In this document: positions 37,946-51,845 of the stretch, piece after piece | How the letters are laid out: each line of letters begins with the position of its first letter | Numbering within the stretch: the first letter of the stretch is position 1 | From: Phoronis australis | Lineage: Eukaryota; Animalia; Phoronida | Direction: 5' to 3' | DNA length: 64,000 nucleotides | Assembly (NCBI GenBank): GCA_002633005.1 | Contig: NMRA01000102.1 | Coordinates: 1-64,000, forward strand | Position numbers and translations under genes: made by a program | Notes under the pieces: generated by a model | What the model saw: only the letters and a program-made list of their open reading frames with translations | The model's database searches: none | What the model was told of the DNA's origin: nothing

Positions 37946-40900
37946 CATCAATTCTTCAGAACCAATCATGCTACTAAAGTATTTCCCATTTTTGAAATTT
38001 GACTAAATATCATTTTTGAAAGCAGTGTGCTAAATTGAAGAATTATTGCAACACTTTCATTTGTATAAAAAGTTGACCAAAATGAAAATCGCATTTTTGG
38101 CACTTCGTGTGGTAAATTGGTGATGGTTTACTGGTGATAAGTCAGGACTGAGCAATGATAGCAGATATGACTATGACAATGAAGAAGCACAGACACTTTG
38201 TAATATGTAGCTTTAACAACAAAATAAATTTAGATTACCAGAAATTTCTAAACCATCAATGTCCCTTTCACAACTATATGCTTTTGCATCATTACAAAAT
38301 AAAATCAAACACTTTTCCAAATCAGTTCTTAACATGGGAGTATAGTGACACACTGACTGCTGAAAATCTGTTCCCAACTATTTTAAAATACTTCTACATA
38401 AATGGTACAAAAAATAGCAAGTTGGGTTAATGGATTAACCTTAAATTGGTATAAATATCATAATTTATGATAATGATGTCAAGAAAGGCAAACTTGTAAT
38501 TTAAAAGTACTATAGATGGCAAACTCATTGGATCTAAGAAATGTTACATAACTCATCATAATTCATTCACTCAATAGAAAATGCCAATATTATTATTTGC
38601 ATTGATAGTAAATAACGATCATAGTCAAGGTGTATTTTTCAAATAAACCTCCACAATAGACCCTATTTCATCATAAAGCAAGCACGATTACAATGAATCC
38701 CTATTGTGATATAGTTCAGGTTAAATCACGAAAAGGTGTGAAATAACACATGACACTCTCTTATCAACCAACAATTTGCAACATTTTGTAGATAATAGTG
38801 AAGTTCAAAGCACATAGAGACAGTCATGCAAAACATTACTTGGTCACTAACTGTCAACACCTAAGCCTGCTTAAGGAACTGGATCATTGGTGTACCCTAT
38901 AACAGAATCTTTGACATGCCAAGGTGAAACATGACAGGTCTGTGAATTTGCTCCAAATTACTCAGATACAAGATTTTATAGCATATTAGTAATTCTTTGA
39001 GTGTATACAGAAATGCCAGTCTCTGAATCTTTCTGAAATCAGCTTTGATATCTACATTGAGACAGATCAGAATTTAAAACGGGCTGTTTTAGAACTAAAA
39101 TCCTAGGTGGATTTAAGTGATCTCAGGCAACACTGAGAACATTCTGCTTTGAGAAATTACACAAACACTTCTCACTCAAGAATTGTGTTTGTGGTCCCTC
39201 TTCCACGATTCTGGATCTGTCAGTGAAAACTCCCATACTTTAGTATTCAACATATCTTGCCATCACCCAGCAGACAGGAGAGGCCTGCTAAAACAGAGGA
39301 ATATGCAATGTACCTGTCAATAGTACATCTGAAAAAAGTTGATCACATTCAGGGTCACACCTTGCTATTAAAAAATCTGGAGTCCAAATACCACAGTGCT
39401 GAATGAACTATCTGCAACTTTTAGCAAAAGAAGTACAGAATGCCAACAAAGAAGTTGTCGAGTGACATTCAATTGCTGATGATTCTTGCAACTCTTTACA
39501 GATTAAGGTTTTTCTAGAAAGTGTTAGTTTTCGACTTCGCAACTTCAATATACACTTGAATTTCATGTTCGTTACAGAATTGGGACCTACATATGGATAT
39601 CTACTGGTGATAACAATTGGAAGCTGAATAACTCGTTTAATTTCTTTCTACTCAATTGCTGTGAGAGACACATCTCCTAACTGGTGAGTAATGTATCAAA
39701 ATCATTATGTATACAAAAATAGTTGCCCTAATGTATTTTCATGTCCATAGTCTTCTAGCATCATTGTAAGTGCTCACATATAGTCTGATGACAGTTGCAG
39801 TACTGAACATGACTGTCCATCAATTTTGTATCTCAAATGAAACAATGAGAATAATAATTTCATTTAATTGTCGTATCATGAAGGCTAGCAATAAAAACCT
39901 AAGTTAACCAAACGGAGGAAGGTACTAAAACAAATTGAAAAGTAAAAGATCAAAACAATATGACAGGTGAGCAAAACTGTGACAAATTGACATTATGATC
40001 AAATTTTAGTCTATACTATTTGCCAGAATTGCCTTTTTTCATTTTTAGAGGCTTATTTAATTGTTGTGAATGCATGCAATTTCATTGTTGTCAATGCATA
40101 CAATTTTTCAAACATTGTCCACAGAAATATACTTAATCTCATTCAGATTTTTTGTAAAAAAGTTTTAGTAGTGTTTTACAACTTTATTAGGTCTGAAATG
40201 CCAATGTTCTGCCTAATTTTGTTATTGTCCTCCATAAAATGCCTCTCTACGACACGTGAAGACTGAATGACTATAGCATTGAGAAGAAATTACAGATGTA
40301 TCCCCCGACATGTGCATAGGATCATAAGTGGGTACCAGACTCATTAATATTGTGTAGGATATGGTGGTTGTTCAATAGAACTAAACAATCAGATTACCAT
40401 GTCAAGTTGTCTCAATCTAGTACAAATCTTGACTTTTCAATTCTTGTTAAATCTTCAAATGAAAATTGTTTTTGTACAAATCAAATAAGTTGTAATTTTA
40501 CAAAACGTAGGTTGTTCAAAAGTAAAACAATAAAATATTTTGAAGTTAATCTTAACATTGTGGAGTTAACAATATAAGGTCAAGGTCACATCACGTGACC
40601 TCATAATTACAAGTCACTATTTCTTATGAATCCTGACAATGTTGTCAACAAGTGCATATACCATACTCATCTGGGTGAACGTCCATGCTGGGTGTGATGC
40701 TAAAACCAAAAATATCCAAGTTATCACTTTTCAAAGGTAATGTTCACCATAACGCCCACCTCCTGATTCTTGAAGTTGTCAGTTTAACCACCCATACAAG
40801 TATGGTTAGTTAATAACACAGTATCTCTACACTTCACTTGAATTTTGATTGGAATATTTCCTAAGTGCCAAACTGACTGTGTGCGAATTCCCACAAAGTA

Positions 40901-42024
40901 GCCTAATGAAAATAAGTGAGAGAAAAATGTTATTTTTCAACATACTTTTGGGCGTGCAAAACGAGTGTGCTTTTTAAGCACTGTAGAATTACTCTACGTG
41001 TCTAAACTTGTACGTCGAGGACTAATGTCACCTTTTGCCAAAATGTCATCTGCAAGTCATGGTAAGTACAAATAAAATGAATAAATACACAAAACATACC
41101 GAGAGTGGCGTAGATGAATTAATATCCCACGAGACATGATAATTACATGTATCGACCACGATGTTCGGTCTCGGTTGTTACGCGGAATAATGTCTAGTCC
41201 TATTCCAGATGTTACGATTGGGACCTGATTGCATGTTATTTACACTGCTGCAATTATATTACTTTAAAATATTTTTGTAAAGTTTAATGATCAAACCGGC
41301 TAACGACGTCGAGTCAACAGTGACCTACCTTTTGAACTTTCCATGTCAGAGGTCACTGTTGAAGTAGTGCAGGAGGTGAAAACGAAAAAATTAATACATG
41401 GTTGTATTGCACTCGAATGATTCAACGCGTATGGGATAAAGCAATTTATAGTAAAGTAGCCAGCCTCTAAATATACCATAGATATTTATAGTACAGTAGT
41501 CAGCCTCTAAATATAGTTATTTTAGTAAAGTCGCCAGTCTCCAAATATAGCTATTTTCAAGGAAATGAAGGAATTACTGCAGTTGGCATTGAAAAATCAA
41601 AGATTGAATGTCTAGCTGAGCATAGGTGTTAAAAAATTTTTTGAGAATGTGCACTTACCCAAAAGGTCAAGTTGGGTAAATAAATTATTTGAACATAGGA
41701 TGAAATGTCTATGGCCATTGTTTTGCAACTCAGCATGACAGTCTGCATGTGATACAGCTCACTGGTCAACACCAATTACATTGAGATCCAGATTCAAAAC
41801 ACGAGAAATAATGCGCCATTTACAAAAGTTGGAACTTAACTTCTGACCATACAAATTGGTAGTGGGCACATAACCGATAATGACCCTGAACAAGTGAAAA
41901 TTTTGAAAATTCAAGGGCAGGCCTTTAGTCAGTCGTGGACAATAACCCAGATGAGTAATTATGGTAACATTTTTAGAGCTACAGCCTACATTACGCCCTA
42001 TTTTTCTGGCTAAAAATCAAATTA

Positions 42025-45000
42025 CCGTATTCACCCTAATAAGCGCCCATGCCCCTATTAAGCACCCCCCACGCGCATTCAGACTTTGCTAAAATAAGCA
42101 ACCAGTCCATGAACGCTGTGTACATGCGAAAATGCCTTACCTACAGCCAGTTGTAGTATATAAAATAGTCACTTACTTAGAGACGTGGTTGGTTGTTGAC
42201 AGACGTTTCGACCTGGTCCGTCAGGTCTTTGTCGATGAATGAGGGATTTCCCGCCTTTTGCTCGTTAAGAATGCTGGAGTACACGGGCGGTAAGTGGAGT
42301 CCTCTGTCCCGGTTTGACAGTTGATGTTTATGGCCTCTTTGAGCTTATGAGTATGCCAACTTTGTCCCTTGGCTAGGATCCTGGATGATGCAAGAGGGAT
42401 GGTATGCCCAGTCGCCAAAATATGTTCCCTAACGGCTGTTGGTCTGTCTAGTTTCAGATGTTCTTTGAATCTGGTAAGGAAAGGTCTCTTGGTTTCTCCG
42501 ATGTAGGTGTGGTTGGTATTTCCTACAACGCTGCAAAGTACTTAGCTGGTGTCCTCAAGCCTCTCCATGGTAACACCATACATAGTGTACGTAATAGTTC
42601 CGACTTTGTCAAGAACCTGGTAGTTCCTGTAGGACACAAGTTAGTGTCATATGATGTCAGTGCTCTTTTCACTAGTGTCCCTGTAGACAATGCCCTCACC
42701 ATTGTACGCAAGAGATTGTCTGATGACCCCACTCTTAGTCTTCGCACTGAATTGTCTGTTGAGCAAATTCACCAGCTATTGGGTTTTTGCCTTAATACTA
42801 CATATTTCTTATGCAACAACAGCTTCTATCAGCAATGCCATGGAGCTGCTATGGGATCCCTTGTGCCTCCTATCATAGCCTACATATACATGGAAGAGTT
42901 TGAACAGACTGCTCCACCTTCACTGATCACATTCAACAGTATTGACAACTGCATTCAATTCACCATGGAGACAGAAATCAACATAACCTTACCGTTCTTG
43001 GATCTATGCATACATGTGGTCGATAATGACTCCATCAAAATCAAGATCTACAGGAAACCGACACATACGGAACAATACCTCCAGTTTTCTTCCAACCAAC
43101 CCTTAAAGAAAGAAACATTCTGTCGCCTGTACCCTCCTGGATAGAGTTGATCGTTACATCACTGACTACCGTGACTATGTCGAAGAGATGGACCACGTTG
43201 AAGATGCTTTGCGAGCTAATGGATACCAGGAATGGATGTTTACTGACCCCCCAAGTCGTAAATCTACTGAAAAACTTGATGCTCCCTCCGTTACCATCCC
43301 ATACATAAGAGGAATATCTGAACACCTACAACACAACTGCAGAACCCATGGAATTTCCTCTTACATGAAACCTATCAACACCCTCCGTTCCCTACTAGTC
43401 AGACCCAAAGACTCAACCCTGATGGCTAAACAATGTGGGGTCATATACCAGCTGAAATGTGACCAGGATCCCAACCACACCTACATTGGAGAAACCAAGA
43501 GACCATTCCTTACCAGATTCAAAGAACATCTGAAACTAGACAGACCAACAGCTGTGGGGGAACATATTTTGGCAACTGGGCATACCATCTCTCTTGCGTC
43601 ATCCAGGAACCTAGCCAAGGAACAAAATTGGTATACTCATAAGCTCAGAGAGGCCATAAATATCAACAGTCAGTGCCCCCTCTTAAACCGGGACAGAGGA
43701 CTCCACTTACCCCCCATCGTACTTAACGAGCGAAAGGCGGGAAATCCCTCATTCATCAACAAAGACCTGGAGACCAGGTCGAAATGTCTGCCAACAACCA
43801 ATCACGTCTCTAAGTAAGTGACCATTTTACATACTACAATGCCTCTAGAGACCAATGACGAACCTATGCTCCAGACTACAGCCGGTTCTAAAATTCTCCA
43901 GTAACGTCTTCAATTTACCAGTAAGATCCGACAGTCCTGAAAAATCATTGTGCGTGGAATTTGTGGATCACGAGTATCGCTAGCCGTGGCTATACACTTC
44001 AAAATTCCGCCATGCTTCGAAAAGATCTTGCGAGGGATGTGTCCTATTATGATCTGGCCTTTCAAAATAGATGCAGCGTACTTGTGAAACAGATTGTATT
44101 GTATCTTTCCCGTACAGATTTTCTCCCTCAACAGGAATCTAAATTTCTTTGCATACGCGAAAACCGCGAATCGAAGACTAATAAAACTTGACCTTTGTTA
44201 ACAGCACGTGGCCAGGAAGCGCGCACTACATACCTGTCATCGAAGATTAGTCTTCGGGAACTATCTATTCATGAAACGGGTAGCATAACATCAGCAAGAA
44301 ATAAATACTGGCACTTATTTCCGAAAGTTTTTAATATCGTAAAAACATTTGCGTTATTTTTAGGAGGAATTATCAAATTAATCATAATAGGTGTTTTTAA
44401 AGTCAAAATGACCCACTCATAGTGAACTCGTCTGCAGCCTTACACCCCCCGAATCTTCCGAAAAATAACTGTTAGACTGTCATGCATCCAGTCACTCGGC
44501 GACTCAGCATCGGCCTTACCGAGACAAGTCTCTAACGATGAGATCAACAAGTGCTAAATAAAACATGCTCTGCTTTACCGTTGGTGCTAATTTCTTTAGC
44601 TGCCCACCTAGATTGTTACGTCACGTTTACTCTGGCAAATTAACTCTGATGACACACATGCTCACCCACTCACTCACACAATACGCAGACGAACTTCAAA
44701 ACAAACGTCACGTGATAACAACACGTGTGTTCGTCCAGAGATTTTTCTTGTGATGCGGGGTACGATCTAGCGCAGATTTGGACTTAATATGAAGTTAATG
44801 CCGACTCCACAGGAACCTAAAAATCTTAGACGCCATTTAGAAAACTTAAGGAGGACTTCTGGTAATTTGTTGAGTCTAAACTATATTTTTACTCAAGTTG
44901 ACCTATCAGCAATTGCGAGGCAGCGTCCCATCAGTTGGCGAGTTTTCGCACTTGGATTTTCTGAAAAATTCTTGTAATTTAACAACAAAGTTTGACAGGA

Positions 45001-45176
45001 ATGCACTACAGTTTTGTAGAATTGCTGTCATAGGTTACCGATGCGTCATAGAGCGTAAATTTGATTATGATTTCACCAGTTTCGGAGACCGGGTTTCAAC
45101 CGCCTTGGGCTATAAGTACCCCCTTCCTGAAGCGAATTTTTCTAAGCACCCTGGGCATTTATTAGGGCGAATACGG
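42025..45176. mobile_element. Tc1/mariner-superfamily (Tc2/pogo-like) non-autonomous element hosting the Penelope insertion
   Basis: TA|CCGTATTCACCCTAATAAGCGCCC ... GGGCATTTATTAGGGCGAATACGG|TA; colinear (inverted) with 53994..55508. Confidence 0.8.
42153..43875 (+). mobile_element. 5'-truncated Penelope/Poseidon-like retroelement with inverted 3' segment
   Basis: RT motifs LVSYDVSALFTSVPV, GAAMGS, LPFLD, IYRKPTHT (YVDD region deleted). GIY-YIG GVIYQLKC..YIGETKR..EH. 42153-42515 is an inverted copy of the 3' end. Flanked by CTACAGCC(A/G)GTT. Confidence 0.92.
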
Positions 45177-45448
45177 TACTCCTTTTACTATAGTAAAAGT
45201 GGACTCGTGTTTCATAACAAAAAAGGATTCCATTTCCATTACTAACTCAAGTCGTAGGCAATGCCTTCATGAACCATTGTCGAATTTTTAATTTTTAGGT
45301 TGGCCATGTGCCATTTTTCAAATTGCAAATTTAGATATGAGCAACCTTAATAAATCCTGAAGCATTTTCTTCAGTTGCTACTGGTTTTGATACTGTTGTT
45401 GGCAACAGATATAGAATCCTATAATGGTTGAAAATATCATGACGCCAA

Positions 45449-45872
45449 TTTTAAGAGAGAGAAGGCTCCATTAAGACAGAGAAGGCTCCATTCAGAGAGA
45501 GAAAGCTCCATTAAGAGAGAGAATGATCCATTCAGAGAGAGAACGCTCCACTGAGAGAGAGAAGGATCCATTCAGAGAGAGAAGGCTCCATTCTTAGAGA
45601 GGACGCTCCACTCAGAGAGAGAAGGCTCTATTAAGAGAGAGAAGGCTCCATTCAGAGAGAAAAGGCTCTATTAAGTGAGAGAAGGCTCCACTCAGAGAGA
45701 GAAGGCTCCATTCAGAGAGAGAAGGCTTTATTAAGAGAGAGAAGGCTCCATTCAGAGAGAGAAGGCTCCACTCAGAGAGAGAAGGCTCTATTAAGAGAGA
45801 GAAGGCTCTATTAAGAGAGAGAAGGCTCCACTCAGAGAGAGAAGGCTCTATTAAGAGAGAGAAGGCTCCATT
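45449..45872. repeat. 20-bp minisatellite, about 21 units
   Basis: TTAAGAGAGAGAAGGCTCCA variants. Confidence 0.95.
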
Positions 45873-47795
45873 TCCATTGTTATCCAGCTAAACAGGGTGA
45901 AATGCTGTTTTAAGTTATCAGGGTTTTGTTAAAATCTCTGAGGAAATTACCATGGAAACTCCGTTTTTCATGACATCATGAAGTAATCATTGATATGCCA
46001 AAGATGATGAACAGAGGAAATCGTAGATTGAAAATTCTGGTTATATATTCCTTTAATGCATTAATTTTAAGATACTGGATGAGGTATTTAGTCGTGATTC
46101 AAGTATTGACTATATACACCTAACTGTGATAAGAGGATGGTCAGCAACACCTATTGAATTGGCTAGAACTAGTAAGAAAAGATAAACTCTATGTGCTGAT
46201 CCTCAGTTAACCAACAGGATCAGTTTGCCAAGATAAGATTTGATGCTAACTTGTTTGTAGACTTGGCCACAGAGTATAGCCCAGCAACAATGTCCATGGT
46301 CAAACTTTTGGGTGCATCAAAGAAAGCAGCAAGTAAGTACTGTGCTATAGCTCTCCAGATTTACCTTTCACGAAATATGTCCGTCTTTAAAGATGCAATG
46401 TTAAATTACAGGTGAATTATAAGCAGTTCTGACAAACGTTCGACTTTATAGAGAATGACAGTGCATCACCAAGAGACAGGGTGAACTGGTCAAGATACCA
46501 TGGGCCTCAATTCTTGGATGTGTCATCCCCCCAATACCTTCAAAAGAAGGCAATCCCAGCTAAAACCTGGCAGCCATTCTCAAAGCTGGGAATACAGTCA
46601 ATATAATTAGGGTCATGATTTCTATCTATCAACACCGTAACTGTGCATACCAAGTGCCGTTTTCAAATTAAACAAGAGCAAACTACATTTGAACTTGATG
46701 TGGTTGTGGAGTACCCTTGAAAATATCAAATTTGGCTAATTTTAGAACATCCCATTGTAGAAATGACTAATCAGATTTACCAGTATATGAAATGTGTTAT
46801 GAAATTAAGAATTGCTTTTGAAGGGTTCCATGTGTGCATAACAGTGTACAGTATCAAAATAGGACTTTAATGATTTTCATGAAAAAAACTCAAAAGTTGC
46901 ATCAATTGAAAACAAANAGATGCAATGTTAAATTACAGGTGAATTATAAGCAGTTCTGACAAACGTTCGACTTTATAGAGAATGACAGTGCATCACCAAG
47001 AGACAGGGTGAACTGGTCAAGATACCATGGGCCTCAATTCTTGGATGTGTCATCCCCCCAATACCTTCAAAAGAAGGCAATCCCAGCTAAAACCTGGCAG
47101 CCATTCTCAAAGCTGGGAATACAGTCAATATAATTAGGGTCATGATTTCTATCTATCAACACCGTAACTGTGCATACCAAGTGCCGTTTTCAAATTAAAC
47201 AAGAGCAAACTACATTTGAACTTGATGTGGTTGTGGAGTACCCTTGAAAATGTCAAATTTGGCTAATTTTAGAACATCCCATTGTAGAAATGACTAATCA
47301 GATTTACCAGTATATGAAATGTGTTATGAAATTAAGAATTGCTTTTGAAGGGTTCCATGTGTGCATAACAGTGTACAGTATCAAAAGAGGACTTTAATGA
47401 TTTTCATGAAAAAAACTCAAAAGTTGCATCAATTGAAAACAAAATGATACTTTGGAAAACTGCAAACACGTTTTTGTGATTTCATCATGAACATTATAAA
47501 TATCAAACACAATATGGTTTCTTTTTTGCGGTATTTTACTGAAAAGACATGGTCACGTATTCCAATTCATATCAGATTGGCAAAAAGTCAAAAATGAAAT
47601 TCTGCAGACTTTCTAATTTCAGAGTTTACAGAATTAAAATTTATAGTTTTGTAGATATTTGGGTATTTAGATATTTGGGTATTTAAGATACAGACTATGG
47701 TTCATAGAATAATGTGCAACCTAATTTACCGTTGACAGCTTGGTGTTACAACTAATAGAGACATAACTCATCGGACAAACTATTAGAGATGAAAC

Positions 47796-48002
47796 AGTGT
47801 GGCTCAGTGGTTTGAGCTCAGGACTCCCATTTGGGAGACCCGGGTTCAAATCCTGGCTTTACTGGCTGACAATCGAGCATTGCACAAAAAGGTGTTTCCT
47901 GCTCCTCTGAGTTCAGTTTTACAAGTGAGTGTGTGCAAGGGAGTGAATGGGAACCTGGATATAATGCGAAAGAGATTTCTGGAGGCGTGCTAGAAGCAAA
48001 CA
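47796..48002 (+). mobile_element. tRNA-derived SINE
   Basis: A box TGGCTCAGTGG, B box GGTTCAAATCC, perfect 11-bp TSD AGAGATGAAAC (47785-95, 48003-13). Confidence 0.85.
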
Positions 48003-50254
48003 AGAGATGAAACTTAAGTGTTCAAATTAATAGAGATAAAACATCGATAAAAACAACAAATTACTGGCAGCAATGACGACCCCCGAGATTGTGGTTTGGC
48101 AACACGAATTATAATGCAACTAACAAATAATTGTTGTGGATGATGGATTTACTTCAAAATATAACACTTGAACGATTAGTCACTTCCCATATTAGCAAAC
48201 TTCAAGAACCTAGAAGCCCCAGCTTCAAGACCTCCGTTTTCAGCCACGATGTCAAAGAGTTCTTGATTAATTTCACAAATAATTCAACAACAAAACGTAA
48301 ACTCATATTTTAACGAAACTCAAAAAATTGGTTCAAATAGTTTTATGATTACCCACTTGGAGCGCTGCTTCCTGTGATGTAATTGGTCGCAGAAAGCCAG
48401 CGTCCTATTTTAGCATGCAGCCAAGTGGCGTTTTTCATTGTCGGAATAAGAAATTTTGGGGCGAAATGTCGGGTCGCCAGGGATATCTGTTTGAGTCCAA
48501 AGCAACACAAAGTGACGCCCAGTCATCGTCATTGTCAGCCGAAAAATGTCAGTGCAACCAGCCTATATTAACAATTTATAGTGGTGTGACTGTGGGCATG
48601 GCGGACTCTAGCCAGCCAGCTAGCTGCAGCCGATACTCAGCTCTGTAAACTATTTAAGGTTAATTACAGACTAGCTTTATGAATACTATCATTAAAATAC
48701 AGCTACGAATCACTGTGTGTTTGAGCTTCATTAGACCCCGAAATTTCTCACAACCCGGGTTGTTCTGCTCATTACTTTGTCGTGAAACTTTTATCAACAT
48801 GTAGAGCTAGCGACTAGCGGATGTGCATGCAAAATCTGATAGTCAACCGACACTTGCCTTAAGAGGAAAACAATCTAATAAACGTTATTTCCTTGAAAGG
48901 AAAGTCTGTCACTAAATAATTTCATAAGGTTGGTAGAGAACACATAGATTAATTCTTGTTGACACAACCAAGCAAAAACGCTGTACCTTGACAGTTTCGG
49001 CTGTACCTTGAAGTACCACTAGTTTTTTGCTTGGTTGTGTCAATAAGAATTAATCTATGATGACAGATTCGCAGCAGCAAAGCGTATTCTAAAATTCTGT
49101 TTACTGGTATTAAAATACTAAAAACTTGTAACAAAATGAAACTAGTTTCGATAATTTTTTGTGACATGTACGCACCCTCATGGAAGAACAGTTCATAGAA
49201 GAATCGGGGGAAAAAAGAAACTGGTCAAGGTCAGGAGATGCAATCTCCGAAAGCCTACACAATAGAACACACCACAATTTTAGCAACAGAACGGCAGAAT
49301 GCCAATTTTTCCAAGACTAGTAAATAAGTTAGTTTACTCAAGAGAGTAGTTTTTAATGACACTAACTTTGTGTGCGATTTTATTTGTTCATTTTTTTACC
49401 CACATGGATGCAAAGCTGTATATTTAGTATACAGCTTTGGCCAACCGATGGCATGCGATGGCCCTCCCTAAGAAGTCACCTTTATTGAAGAGTTCAAACA
49501 AAAAAGTGACATACAAAAGGGCATGGCGAACCTTTTACAATACTATGGCAAACAGTAAAAAACAAGAATGGCTGATACAATGATAAAATACGATGTAATT
49601 ATCACTATAAACTCTCAATGTCACATTTAAGGCACAGCAATATTTGATAAACAGTCGATGTCCCACAAACCATGTCACTGACATATCAGCCAATCAGCCA
49701 TCACTGTCAGGATATTAGTGTTTTGGCAATAATGATGAATCAGCTTTTGTTTGGCATGCAACTCGGGTAAATGTGAGTTTTATTTGTATGTTAGAACAGG
49801 TTAACTGCTGCATTATTTTTACTACAGTCATCTTTCAACTGTTGTTAGTTTGCTTAGTTTCCGAAAGATGGCGCTCGTCTACAAGCAGTCTGTTACGTCC
49901 ACCATAAAAGTCGAATCTGAAGCTTCAAAAATCTACTCTAAATGCTGATTTTGCATACAAAAAATCACTTATCACAACACACAGTGTTTAAAAGCTTTTA
50001 CCAATTCTGCGTCATTTTATTCTGAGTAAATACTCCCCCATTATCATAGAAACCTATCACAAAGGCATGAAAGTTTATTGAATCATAAAATTTATCATTG
50101 CCTCCATTACTGATGAAAGTTCTTTAACAAGTTGACTCCATGTAGTATGACACAGTTTGTACATGCACAAGCATGTGTGCACACACTCATGCACTCATGC
50201 ACACACTCATGCACTCATGCACACACTCATGCACTCATGCCCGCACTCATGCAC

Positions 50255-50785
50255 NNNNNNNNNNNNNNNNNNNNNNNNNNNNNNNNNNNNNNNNNNNNNN
50301 NNNNNNNNNNNNNNNNNNNNNNNNNNNNNNNNNNNNNNNNNNNNNNNNNNNNNNNNNNNNNNNNNNNNNNNNNNNNNNNNNNNNNNNNNNNNNNNNNNNN
50401 NNNNNNNNNNNNNNNNNNNNNNNNNNNNNNNNNNNNNNNNNNNNNNNNNNNNNNNNNNNNNNNNNNNNNNNNNNNNNNNNNNNNNNNNNNNNNNNNNNNN
50501 NNNNNNNNNNNNNNNNNNNNNNNNNNNNNNNNNNNNNNNNNNNNNNNNNNNNNNNNNNNNNNNNNNNNNNNNNNNNNNNNNNNNNNNNNNNNNNNNNNNN
50601 NNNNNNNNNNNNNNNNNNNNNNNNNNNNNNNNNNNNNNNNNNNNNNNNNNNNNNNNNNNNNNNNNNNNNNNNNNNNNNNNNNNNNNNNNNNNNNNNNNNN
50701 NNNNNNNNNNNNNNNNNNNNNNNNNNNNNNNNNNNNNNNNNNNNNNNNNNNNNNNNNNNNNNNNNNNNNNNNNNNNNNNNNNNNT
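50255..50785. other. Assembly gap
   Basis: Run of N. Confidence 1.
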
Positions 50786-50939
50786 TGGAATACTTAAAGC
50801 TGTAAACACTAAGACTGACTGATGAATGTGATCCTTGGAATACTTAAAGCTGTAAACACTAAGACTGACTGATGAATGTGATCCTTGGAATACTTAAAGC
50901 TGTAAACACTAAGACTGACTGATGAATGTGATCCTTGGA
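50786..50939. repeat. 50-bp tandem repeat abutting a gap
   Basis: TTGGAATACTTAAAGCTGTAAACACTAAGACTGACTGATGAATGTGATCC x3. A GCACACACTCAT repeat lies on the other side of the gap (50179-50254). Confidence 0.9.
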
Positions 50940-51077
50940 GCAACACTCATCCTCTTTGAGCCAAGTGAACACTACAAGAAAATTTCATGTTTTTTTAATA
51001 GTGAAAAGCACGACAAAACGATTACAAACATCAAAAATGTGAATAGAAAAAAACAGTATTTCGTGACGAAGTTACCA

Positions 51078-51470
51078 CTAGTGCACTCAGGCTGGTCGCA
51101 GGGAGACTGAACTAGTGCACTCAGGTTGGTCAATAGATCAAACCAATTGAACTAGTGCACTCAGGTTGGTCGCTGGGAGACTGAACCAACTGAACTAGTG
51201 TATTCAGGCTGGTCGCTGGGAGACTGAACCAACTGAACTAGTGCACTCAGGCGGGTCACTGGGAGACCAAACTAATAAAACTAGTGTACTCTAGCTGGTT
51301 GCTGGCCGGCTGAACCAATTGAACTAGTGCAATCAGGCTGGCCGCTGGGAGACTGAACCAATTGAACTAGTGCACTCTGGCTGGTTGCTGGGAGACTGAA
51401 CCAATTGAACTAGTGCAATCAGGCTGGTTGCTGGGAGACTGAACCAACTGAACTAGTGCACTCAAGCTGA
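51078..51470. repeat. 43-bp minisatellite
   Basis: ACTAGTGCACTCAGGCTGGTCGCTGGGAGACTGAACCAACTGA, about 9 units. Confidence 0.9.
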
Positions 51471-51845
51471 CCATTTTGAACAAAAATGTATGATTTTTGC
51501 ATGTTCGCTATGATATGCACATACTGCACACTGTCTAAATTTTCAAAGTGGTTGTAAACGTGACCTGTTTGAATTTTTGAGTGCTTTATGGAGAACACTG
51601 CTGAGATGTCATACTGAGGCATCAATGCATAGGGCTGCTAATGGAGGGATACAAACAGGTAACAGGAATGGCGAAGGTCTGATTGACAATTTTATAGAAT
51701 ATCGAAAGTTTAGAGAAGTAGCAACAAAATTTGAGGGTTTGCCAGTTTAATGATGCGATCATTTCAATGACTGAAGAAGTACTGTGGTATCTGCTGAGTT
51801 TAAACTAAAACCCAAAGCAGGAGATTTTGAGTCCCATCCCTAGTC

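Noticed and set aside
46207-46332. Open plus-strand frame between cag| and |gtaagt (NQQDQFAKIRFDANLFVDLATEYS...)
   Set aside because: No recognisable homology and no compatible neighbouring exons found.
46391-47443. 526-bp near-perfect tandem duplication
   Set aside because: The copies are separated by a single N (46917) and differ at about two positions, typical of unmerged overlapping contigs or haplotypes.
47796-47870. tRNA gene
   Set aside because: A and B boxes are present but there is no convincing acceptor stem, and a body plus 11-bp TSD indicates a SINE.
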